This document shows, piece by piece, positions 43,280 through 54,100 of a DNA stretch of 64,000 nucleotides. The translations under genes were made by a program, and so were the position numbers. The notes beneath the pieces were generated by a model. That model made no database searches and had not been told where the DNA came from. It saw nothing but the letters and a program-made list of their open reading frames with translations. Each line of letters begins with the position of its first letter. The stretch's first letter is position 1. Source of the stretch: Paragordius varius (Eukaryota; Animalia; Nematomorpha); the NCBI GenBank assembly GCA_964247055.1, contig OZ176050.1:7440001-7504000 (forward strand), in the 5' to 3' direction.

Positions 43280-44520
43280 AATAATACAGGAAATACACAT
43301 CGGGTGGAGCCTAACCAATGAGCCAATATAAAAGTTTTCACTGAATAACTTACGTTACATTAAAAATTAGTTGGAGGTGCTTGCGGAAATAAAAATCAAT
43401 ATTTTATAGAAAACTTCATTTTCACACGGCGGTGTGTCACAGAGAAAAGCTACAAAGTTCTGCGGTGTTTTTAATAAATTACATATAGCTATTGAAACTG
43501 AATTCAACCTTTTTAAAGCTTTTTACAGATTGCTGGCCTGTTTGTTAAAAGACAATATTTTTGTTGAGAGGCTAATTAAAAAATAGGGTTCATTCATTTT
43601 CGAGGCAACAATTAGAAAAATTATTTATTAAAATGCACGTTTTTTGGAATCGTGTGTCAAAGCAAACAATTGTTCAAAAAAACCTTTTTTACATCAACGA
43701 ACTGAGGGGCTAATTCAAAAAAGGTCAAGGTCACCATACCACAATCATAAATTATTTTATTACTGTATAGGCCTCTACGTTTACCAAAGGGTGATTTAAA
43801 ATCAATTTGTTATAGAAATCCATTTTTACACAGGCGGGTCTGGAGTGAGTGGCAAAGTTAAAAAATAACTTAGTCATTCTCGGAGTTATCGCAAAATAAT
43901 TAAAAAACACTATTGAATTTGCATGGGTCTACACGTTTTCCAAAAAAAATGATTCAGTATCAATATTTTTTAAAGCCCCTACTTTCAAACAAAGTAATTG
44001 AGAGGTTAAATTAATAAAAGGATTTAGTCACTTACGGTCCAATTGCAAAACAAGGAAAAAAGTATACCATTGAGTTTGCTAAGGTCTACACGTTTACCAA
44101 AAAATTGATTCAACGTTAAAATTATTTTAAAGCTCCTATTTTCTTACTAAGCGGTTCTAAATTGAGGTTCTATGTCAAAAATAGGGCTAGTCACCCTCGG
44201 CGCAATTGTAAAACAATTAAAAAAGCGCAATATAAAACTGACTGTGCCCCAAGTTTTTCGGATTAATGTTTTAAAATTTTTTTTAAGGCTGGGCGAAACT
44301 GAAGGGCTAATTCAACAAATGGGCTTAGGTACCTTCAGCGCATTTGAAAAACACTATACAAAGTATAAGTGAATCGGCCATCACGTTTTCTGGAAACGTC
44401 GTTCCAACTCAAAATTTTAATTACTTCATATTTTTTGAAAAACCCGATTTTTAACATTGAATGGGGCAAAACTGATGACCTAATTCAAAAAAACTTAGTC
44501 ACTTTGGATTTATAAATGAT
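43280..44520. repeat. Degenerate ~155-bp tandem array
   Basis: GGTCTACACGTTTACCAAA-like motif at ~43771, ~43926, ~44083 and ~44378; recurring TAGTCAC motif. Confidence 0.6.
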
Positions 44521-44987
44521 TAAATAAATTATTTAAATGGAGATAGGGTTATCCGTTTTTCCCAATCATTTCTTAAAGCTCACACCTCTTATTATTCATA
44601 TATGGATTTTGGCTTAATTATATAATTAGGTAAAAATCATGAATTCAATTTAAAACCGTCTCTTTAATAGTTTTTGAATATTATAAAATATGGTCTGAAG
44701 TTATTAAATACCACAATTCTAATCGAAAATTTAAGATATAATTTGGTAAAAATTAGGATTTCATGGTAAAAATAATTTTAATAAACATTATAAAAAATAT
44801 GTAAAGAAGATTGTCGGTAAAAATAAGTTTTATTTTGATTTTAATAAATGTATTTTTTGTTGTCAAAATAAAGGACAGTTTTCCCCGTTGAAATATATAA
44901 GAGTGAGATAGAATCATTATATAAAATTTATATCATTTATTTAATTAAAGTAGTGTTATAAGTAAAGCATAAATTGATACATCGTTA

Positions 44988-45542
44988 TCAGGAAACATCT
45001 AAAATATAAATTAAAATCGTACAACTAAAGGAAATATCACGGTGTTTTCGATGCAGATAATCATGGTTAAACTTTACAAAAGATTCATATTGTTCTAAAA
45101 TTATGTTTATCAAATACCAGTTAGTTTATTTTGTAAAACATTTTCATAATCTTCTTTAATTTTTTCTTCGCGATCCTTTAATAATTTCTCACAAATAAAT
45201 TTGACATCTGAAAAAGTAAAAATGGGTTTTTCAATAAAATGCCTAAAATAGTACTATATAATACTTTTGAAATGTAAAAGCTTTATTCTTTTCTTCATCA
45301 GGTTGAATTTTTTTTAAAAACTTTCCATAAGAAAGAATAGATTTTTCAATGTCATCTAAATATTAATAACAGTGTATACCAGAGTCAAATTTAAAGGAGA
45401 AAATATCATTTGGCAGAGTAAAAGTAGTTGAAGATTTATTTGAAGTGGGACTACAACGAACTCTTTTAGTATGAGCAGATGAAGATGGTGACGAAGGCAA
45501 TTGATCTATTTCTAACGTCCTTTTTATGGCCAAACAAGCCAT
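44988..45542 (-). CDS. AKIRIN: Akirin (153 aa, 5 exons, all four introns 22-24 nt)
   Basis: Exons 45542-45380, 45355-45265, 45242-45118, 45094-45023, 44998-44988 translate to MACLAIKRTLEIDQLPSSPSSSAHTKRVRCSP...EKPIFTFSDVKFICEKLLKDREEKIKEDYENVLQNKLTEQYESFVKFNHDYLHRKHRDISFSYVS*. It has the akirin N-terminal MAC..KR..D and KRxRC NLS motifs and the C-terminal SYVS. The last two coding exons (72 and 11 nt) are the same sizes as in human AKIRIN2. Not in the ORF track. Confidence 0.95.
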
Positions 45543-46399
45543 TATTATGTATTTTTTTTAAATCCACTCATATAAACATAAGTTTTAATACTCGGATTGC
45601 ATAGTATACATTTATAGCATACCATTTAAAGTTGATTTTCACTCTTGGATTAGAATTCGCCCTCGAATATATATGTAAATCATCCTGAAATAAATTATGT
45701 GTTTTTAGAATTAAAAATTACTTATATCTATATTTTTAACAAATGAACCTTTGTCTAAAATAAATATGATACTGAAAATATATTAAACTATGTCATTAGA
45801 GTATATTTCATAGCCATGATGAGTTATAATAGCCCGAGAACTCTTAAATTAAGGGTGAATCTGAATTTTAAACGATATTATCTTCATATATAATTTTCAA
45901 TATAAATCAACATTGAGTAATTTTAAGTATGTGATACTAATTGGCACAGTTAAGAATGAGGCCTCTTTAACACTTCCTTACATTTTCACTTTTTTGCTTT
46001 AACTTTCGGGGTGGTTTATCCCAGCAATTTTGTAGATGAAATGTTATGAAATATATTTGAGTTAAAATTTAAATTTACATTGTTCTCATTTATGATATGA
46101 AATCTTATAGTTTTTAGATTTTAATTCTAGAATCTATAATGCAGCTAAACAAAGTTGAACGAACAGTTTTTATTAAAATAAATAAATATCTAGTTTTACA
46201 GATGAAATGTATCCTAGAAGCTTTTTAAAGATAGTTTTACATTTAATATGCATAATAAACATTTATTTGCCCTTTGCAATAACGACTTTGAAAAAAGTTA
46301 GATAATGGTGGCAAAACAGTTAGAAATGAGGCGTTTCGATAATTTTAAATTCTTTTAAAAAACTTTTTATAATGCGCATATTTTCAATTCCTTTATTAA

Positions 46400-46860
46400 C
46401 ACTTCAATTCAAATTGGGGTATCCAAATACCCTAGGCTAATTTTGAGTTAGGATTTTAAAAAACTACTGAGGAAACGGTCCCAATAAATTTATGATGCTT
46501 CTATTCTATAATAATATAAATTTGCCAAAATATATAAATAAAATTTTGTTTTGAAACAAAGTTCCATATCAAACTACTTCGACGCCATTGATAGAAATAG
46601 AAAAAGCGTTTTATTCTGTATTATTTATTTTACCATGCACACATGTCACGACTAAATTTTTACCATTCGGTAAAAAAGTTATATCAAGTATTTTTGAATA
46701 TTTTTTTTAAATATTTAGGTTTATTAATGTTATGTAAGTGCAAAATTTTGCCACGGTTTTGATTACTTCCAATTTTTAAAATAACTTAATTTTAAACAGG
46801 CCTAAGGCATTTTACTACCCCAATTCGAATCGAAGGATTAAAATAAATGATTTGTATCTG
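46400..46860 (+). mobile_element. piggyBac-like MITE with internal deletion, head-to-tail with the next copy
   Basis: TTAA (46396-46399) then CACTTCAATTCAAATTGGGG; the right end shares the TTAA at 46861-46864. Confidence 0.75.
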
Positions 46861-46864
46861 TTAA

Positions 46865-47447
46865 CACTTCGATTCAAATTGGAGTATCTAACTACCCCAG
46901 ACTAAATTTAAATTAATATTTTCAAAAATAATACTGAAGGAAACGGTCCCAATTAAAATTTATGCTTCTCTCCTGATAAAAATTATATAAATATGCTAAA
47001 ATATCTTGATAAAATTTTGTTTTGAAAAAAAAGTTCCATCTCAAACTACATCGACGCCATTTTTGTTTTACAAAATTTTTGCAAAATATCGTCCTCATTT
47101 AATTTTAAGGGTAAAACTAAAGCTAATTTTTTATATAATTTACATCTAACAATGATAGAAATAGAAAAAGCGGTTTATTTTGTATTATTTTTTAATTTTA
47201 CAATTTGACACATGTCACGTTGACGAAATTTTTACCTTTTGGTTTTAGCATAAAATAGGTAATATCAAGTTATTTTGACTAAAATTTTTTATATACTTCG
47301 GTTTATTAATGTTATGTATGTGCAAAATTTTTCCATGGTTTCGAATACTTACATACTTTTTAAAGTATTTGATTTTAAACAGGCTTGGGGTATCTAACTA
47401 CCCCAATTTGAATCGAAGGACTAAAATGAGTGTGATGTATCCAAGTG
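46865..47447 (+). mobile_element. piggyBac-like MITE, reference intact copy (583 bp)
   Basis: TTAA TSD on both sides (46861-46864, 47448-47451); TIR CACTTCGATTC / GTATCCAAGTG. The internal inverted repeat TTCGATTCAAATTGG lies at the left end but ~30 bp inside the right end, like the asymmetric piggyBac end structure. A third right-end fragment follows at ~47465-47629. Confidence 0.85.
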
Positions 47448-47680
47448 TTAAAGGAGTGTAAAATAAATAATATCAAGTATTTTACGATGTTTTTATTTCT
47501 TATGAATTTTTGCCATGGTTTCTATTCCTTTCATGTTTTGAAGTATTAATTTTAAACGGAGTGGCGTACACAACTACCCATTTAACGGAGGACTAAAATG
47601 AATGTGTTCTATTTGTATCCAAGTGTTAATGACATATAAACATACCTCGTGTAATATTAAATCATATAGATTATTGTCCA

Positions 47681-50019
47681 ATGCATCATTTCAAGATTAT
47701 TATAAATGAAAATCATGACAATATCCGTCGATTATCTCTAGACGAACTGTCATACAATGCACTTAAACGTAAACTTGAGACTACATATCCAAATTTATAT
47801 ATTTCCAAAATATGCTACAAAGGTTAAATATAATTTTATTGTTAGATGATGAGCAGGATTTAATTTCCATTTTAAGTGATGACGATTTGCAGATAGCATT
47901 TGATATTTCAAATACAAATGCTCTAAAATTATTTTTAGAAACTAGAGACAATGTTAAAAGTGAAGCTGAGAAAAAATTGTTTCACCCTAGGATTATTTGT
48001 GATGGATGCGATTCACCAATATATGGTGTAAGATACAAATGTTCGAATTGCAATGATTTTGACTTATGTTCTGATTGTGAATCTAAGTCAGATATTCACC
48101 AAACTGATCATATATTTTTAAAAATAAAGAAACCTCTTGTACCTGGAACAATATTTCGTCAAATCCAAGTAAATACATATATTAAATTTAAGCCGAAGAA
48201 TACACAGTTTAGTGATAAGGAGCCGGTTAACAATCGCTACAATCAGTGAGCTTTTTATAATAATTTTATAGAAATTATGGGGGTCTTAATTTTGGAACCA
48301 ATTATTCATCTGCAAATACTTTTGATTCCTTGAATTTTGGACCGGGAGGATTTTGGTTTTCCTTTTTGAGAAATATTGGTCAAAGCTTTTCCACCCTTTT
48401 TGATCCTTTGGGTATATTTAATGATTTTATAATGGTAAATGAAGGATTGATTATGTTTTGTAATAACGTTCTTAAATCCCTAATATGATGATAAACGAAA
48501 ATTAAATAGAAATTAAATTGAAAAATATATTTATAAACTGAAATTATAAATAATATGTGAAATTGTTTGGTCAATAGTAATTGTAGACTAGTTTTGTGCT
48601 TGTTAGCACTCATCAGTACGCCCATATATGCTTTACGTTATTTAAGGACAATTATATAATTAAGCAGTGGCGAGGTATTTTTACCCCTCTTTGTCATTTT
48701 TTTATATACATTGTTACACAACTCCAAGCTAATTTATGTTTTGACACTATTTTTTATTTTATTATTTATTTGATGTGTTCAAAATAGGAGGATTTGATTA
48801 TGGTACAGGTGTATATTCTCCAAGCCATCACAATAATCAAACTGTTGATCAACCTATCCATAACCCTTTTTCATATACACCATCTCCTGGAACTAATGTT
48901 ACAAATGGTTATCACAATTGTTCGCAAAGTAACACAACAAATAGCAATAAAAGTTACAATGGAATAAAATGTAGTACTTTGGAATCTTTTGTTAGCATGC
49001 CGCTTACAACATCTATCTCTCCTATGATTACAACATGTTCAACAAAAATGACAAAAAGTGTTGGCAATAGCTGTGATTTAAATGGCCATATCTCCACGTC
49101 AGAAGAGGCAACCATACTAGATAATATAGTTGTTCCTGGTAAGACAGTTTTGACAAACACCACAACCACTTCTCTCATACTTCCCAAGGATGAGATTGAT
49201 TTTGATTTAAAAAATCTTGAAAATAATATACAAGAGAATTCGGAATACATGGACATTAAATCAGCTAGCCTTACTTCTCCGTCAAGCGTGTCTGAAATTG
49301 AAAATGATGAAGAAAGCACGACGAATGAAAAAGTATTGTCCTTTTCTGATAGCGGATCTGATTTCGAAAATAGCATAGAAATTCTGGTAAGTGACCCCTT
49401 GGAGGAATCAAAGAAAAGGGTTGTTGAAGATCTGGTAGATTTACCGTCTGAATGGCTTGTCGTACAAGATGAAGACATTTTAGAGGGTACTTTTTATAGA
49501 TTTGTTTCTTAATATTCTTTGTCGTTCCTGTTTCCAATTTGTGACGAATAGAGTTTTTTAGCTCATAATGTATACTTGGTATCTTTTTGCTGAGGTATTT
49601 ATGACTAAAATTTAACATTAATTTATCTGTTTAATTCTGTTTCCACAAATATTCATAGAGACGATTACATATCAAAATAGTTATTATTAATTACATTTAT
49701 TTATTATAAAATATCAGAGAAAGACAAGGACGATACAAAATCTGATTTGGTAGAGTTTGTTGTTGCCAGTATTTTTCCCCCTATTCAAGAAATTAAGAGT
49801 ATAAATAAAGGTAAATCGATTACAAAAGATGGACACGAAAGCATAGATTTTGATAATAATAAGGATTTTGAAACACCTGAACAAAAAGTCAAGTTAAATG
49901 AAGCGCTTGATCGATTACAGAAAATGGGATACGTTAATGAGGGAGAATGGTTAACCATTTTATTGCGTATGAAACAGTATGATGTGGCAAAAGTGTTGGA
50001 CATTATACATCCATATTAA
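47681..50019 (+). CDS. SQSTM1: Sequestosome-1 / p62 (Ref(2)P-like) selective autophagy receptor, ~552 aa, 6 exons
   Basis: Exons 47681-47822, 47846-48168, 48193-48245, 48272-48411, 48788-49486, 49718-50019. PB1: FKIII...NIRRLSL...CYKDDEQDLISILSDDDL. ZZ: HPRIICDGCDSPIYGVRYKCSNCNDFDLCSDCE...H...H. Conserved FLRNIGQSFSTLFDPLG. LIR-like SEWLVV. UBA: LNEALDRLQKMGYVNEGEWLTILLRMKQYDVAKVLDII. Confidence 0.95.
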
Positions 50020-51103
50020 ACAACTTGTTTTTTTCTTTTACACATTGATTTTTATTATACTATTGTAGTCATTTTTGTAATTATTTAATCGTATTGTGCA
50101 TATTTCTTTCTTCAAAAAAATGTAGTATTTTACATACAAATCTAGTGTTTACCTTAATGTATCTCATATTATTTATTTTTAATTATAGAGTAGAAATTTG
50201 TTTATAAAAACAATAGTTAAAATCTAATATATAAATATCATAAAATATTTTAAACATAATCTATTATTATGATCAATGTTTCATCATTACACGTATATAT
50301 TTTAATATTTTAGAGATTTTTATTGCAGTGTTTTACGCATAAAATTGTATTTTTACACCCGCCCTTTTTTATTATGTCAAAGTTTATTTAAAAAAAATAA
50401 ATTATTTACACTTAGATATGAATGTTTGTTTGCATTACTAGAGTTTGGACCAAAAAAATCATTTTTGTCGTACTATATATATTTCGTTTTATTTTAGTAA
50501 AACTGACATGCGAGTTAAATATTGAGAAATAATGTTTGTTTTATGATTAAACCAGGCAAAAAATTAATTGATAAATATTTATTTTAAGCCGTAACGAAAT
50601 TGTTAAAATTCCCACCCATTAATAAATTTACGTGAATAATCAAAAAGCCAATAGACAAAATAAATGCACTTTGTCAAATAAGGTAAGAATTAATATTCAA
50701 TGGTTCTGGCATGGAATAGGTAAGCAACGCTAAAAAAACCTTTTAAGATGTTTACTATATAAAATTTAAAAAGTCCATATATAAAAACACGATATATTGC
50801 TAAAAACTAAATTTATTTCGTTAAATGGTGAATTTTTTGAGCAAAAATAAACATATATGCTATCATTGTATTGCCAATATAAGGAAGATAAACGGGGAGA
50901 AAAATATAGCAAAATTATGCACACAATAAAAATATATATAAAACTTTTTTTGTGAAAAAGTATAACAAAAGTATATATTGGCACCAATTATTAGTTAATA
51001 CGAAAAAAGATAATTTTATACAAATTTATCATAAAAAGAAAAGGAGACTTATTTGTTTGGAAATATATCATTATAATTGTTTTAATTTTTTTCGTAAAAT
51101 TTT

Positions 51104-54100
51104 TTAATCCCAACCAGAACCGCTTGATTGATGATTGTTTGTGGCAGTTAAAGCCAGAGATTGTGATTCCTCAATAAAATTATTAATCAAATCATTATTA
51201 TTGTTGTTTTGATTAGTCACATCTTGTATTGCAGATGTAATTGTAAGAGGTTTACAATCGCTAAAATTGCCATTGTTGAATGAAGTTTCAATATTGCCAC
51301 AAATTTTATTATCAATATTTATATTCCAAACAGTTTCACCGGGGACTATTGAGGTTTCATTTATGCTATTTAAAAATAAAAGATTACAAAAGTTAATTAA
51401 TATTAAATTGACTATATATTAAAAATGTATGCAAATAAACATTGGGTAGAATCATAATTCCTCTTATAATATTAAAAATTTATCATAACTTTCAAATTCC
51501 CCACTTTTTAATAGTATAAGGTAAGAACAAAGTCATAGGAGCCCTTAAAATATTTTTGCATAATCTAAAATATAATTAATGATTTTAAATGCCTTCTATA
51601 ATTTCAAATTAAAACCATTTATAGGCTAAATGTTATAAATTTAATTTTCAAAAACCGAGCCAAATCTAATGGTAACTAGTTTAATAACCTTTAAAATTTT
51701 ATTGAACGCCAGACACGCAATAATGTTCACATATAAACCATTATAAATGCTAAAAAATACTAATGGATATTATTGATTTTAACATATAAATCAAAATTTA
51801 TAATATATGAAATATAACAAAAAACTTAATAAAAAAAAAGTACGCGTTTGAGGTTGAAGGAATAGATTCTAAAAATTTAACATATGAATCCTCTTCTGGG
51901 GATAGGGCTTGATTCTAAAACAATAAATTAGATGATTTTATTATCATTATTTCGCTATTTACGGTAAAATTTAAAGTTATGCAAAAACAATATTTTTTAA
52001 TAAACTTGATTTTTTATACCTATGATTGCCATCGTGATATAAAATGATATTACCAGATTACATACCTATTCCATATTTCATACACGAAAAAGATTATTAA
52101 AAAATAAAACTATCATTTCAATTTTTGTTTTTATAATTTTATAAAAAGAAACTATATATTAAAGATTATACAATCATCTAATGTGTTTCCAAAATTCAAA
52201 AAAAGTCTACCTTCTTTTTCCTACTATCATAATCAGGATATAACAAGTTTAAATCACCAGTGGTCCAAGTATTAAATTCATGAATTTCCATCAATGCTTT
52301 AGAGAGGGGCGAAACAGCATCTATAATTGATTTTGATGGCTCTTCCTAATTTTAGAAAAATATTCATATTGGTTATATACCATTTGCACTTCAAAAGTGC
52401 CCTTGAACACTTCAAGTTGGTCCTTTGACTATTTTGTTTTGTTTTTAGTTTTTATCAATCAAATCGTATATCCATCTATTTTATTGTTTTTAACCTATTT
52501 TTTATTTAATATAAATTTTAAAATCAATATCAACTTTTAATCATTGAGATATCATATATCTTTATTAATTTCTTAAAATTATTTTGGATATTTATAAGAT
52601 TTTAACACCTAAACAAAAATTATATAAGTTTGGGTTATTATTTACAATTTTTCATCGAAAACAATTGGAAATTAGTTTGATAGGTTAAAAAATAATAAAA
52701 TAAAAAAATACATGCAAAATTTATGGTTAAATTAAAATCTAAAAATTTGAAGGATCAACTTAAAGTGTTCAAGGACCAATTTGAAATGTTAAAGGATTAA
52801 CTTGAAGTGTGATACTCTAGCAGTGCAAATGGTATATCTTGAGTCTAATTAATTATTCAATCGTGATTGTAACTGAAACCAGCTTTTTGGCATCAATTAA
52901 CAGTGTGTATATTGAAATAATAAAAACTCTAATACAATTTTTTGTAATTCCAATATATTTTTTAGTTTTGCTTAACTGAATCAATGCATAAATCAGCCGT
53001 CGGGCCAGTTACAATTCCTCCCATTAGATGTAGTATGCATAATGATAAAAAACGGCAACTAATTCTTAAAAAATTAAAAAACTTTTTTGAAGGTATTTAT
53101 TGTTTGGGGTAACAATAATTGCTAATCTGGTAAAAAGAATTTGACAATCGTAAAAAATACTTAAATATATTATTTCAATGGCTGTTATTATATTTATCTA
53201 AATAAATTTATCACATACGTTAACATATTGAAGTTTTTGAAAATGATTAGGTATAAATTTGATTTATACAAATGTGTATAGGGATAAGTTGAAAAATTGT
53301 GCGGACAAAATTTTCATTATACCAAAACTCATTATGGATTAGGTAATTTAAAAAATATAAAGCCATATAAAAGACAAATTAAGTATGTGTAATAGTTTGA
53401 GATAATTAAGTATAAATGTCATAGTAACTGAGATATGTTATTATTAGAAAGGTTGTGGACTAGCACTATTTTATAAACCAAAATTCAAAAACATAGCATA
53501 AATTTCGGTTTATTAAACAATATCTGAAGTTTATCAGCAAACGTAATTTATATTACCTTTGATTCCAAATTTAAATTCTCCAAAGTCCAAGTCGTATCAA
53601 TTAAAGGATCCGAATTCGGGATTTCATTTACTGTTGCGACAGGTTTATTCTCTTCCTACATGCCAAATTTTTTATAAAGACATATTCATTCATATAAAAT
53701 AAATGTAAGTATAATTATTTTATATGACAATACGAACATAGAAATTTAAAATAATACTTCTTTTGGCATTGCGTTATTATCTCCCCAACCCCCAGCATTT
53801 TCATCAACCTATAGAAAAAATTTATTAAAAAAAATATTAATCTATATGCACCTATATATTTTCAAGCTTAAATTCAAGCTAATACCAAGAAAATTATCAT
53901 TTTTAAATAATAAACAAGTCTCAATCTGTTTTATGTAAAAAGGTTAAAAGGGCTTTAAAAATAAGAATAAAATCATATGTATATACTGGTGGCTTCCATT
54001 CATCAATAATTTGGTATTCGGTTTTCTATATGATAAGAAAATTGAATTATTTATAAATACTTAAAAACGGTAAATTAGTTATATAGTCAATTTTTTTTGA

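Noticed and set aside
45545-45571. 8-codon uORF just upstream of the akirin ATG
   Set aside because: Short ATG-stop frames are frequent by chance at this AT content, and the TSS is unknown.
49810-49828. Possible 18-nt intron (GTAAATCGATTACAAAAG) in the last p62 exon
   Set aside because: In frame, not needed for the reading frame, less T-rich than the accepted micro-introns and shorter than all of them; treated as coding.
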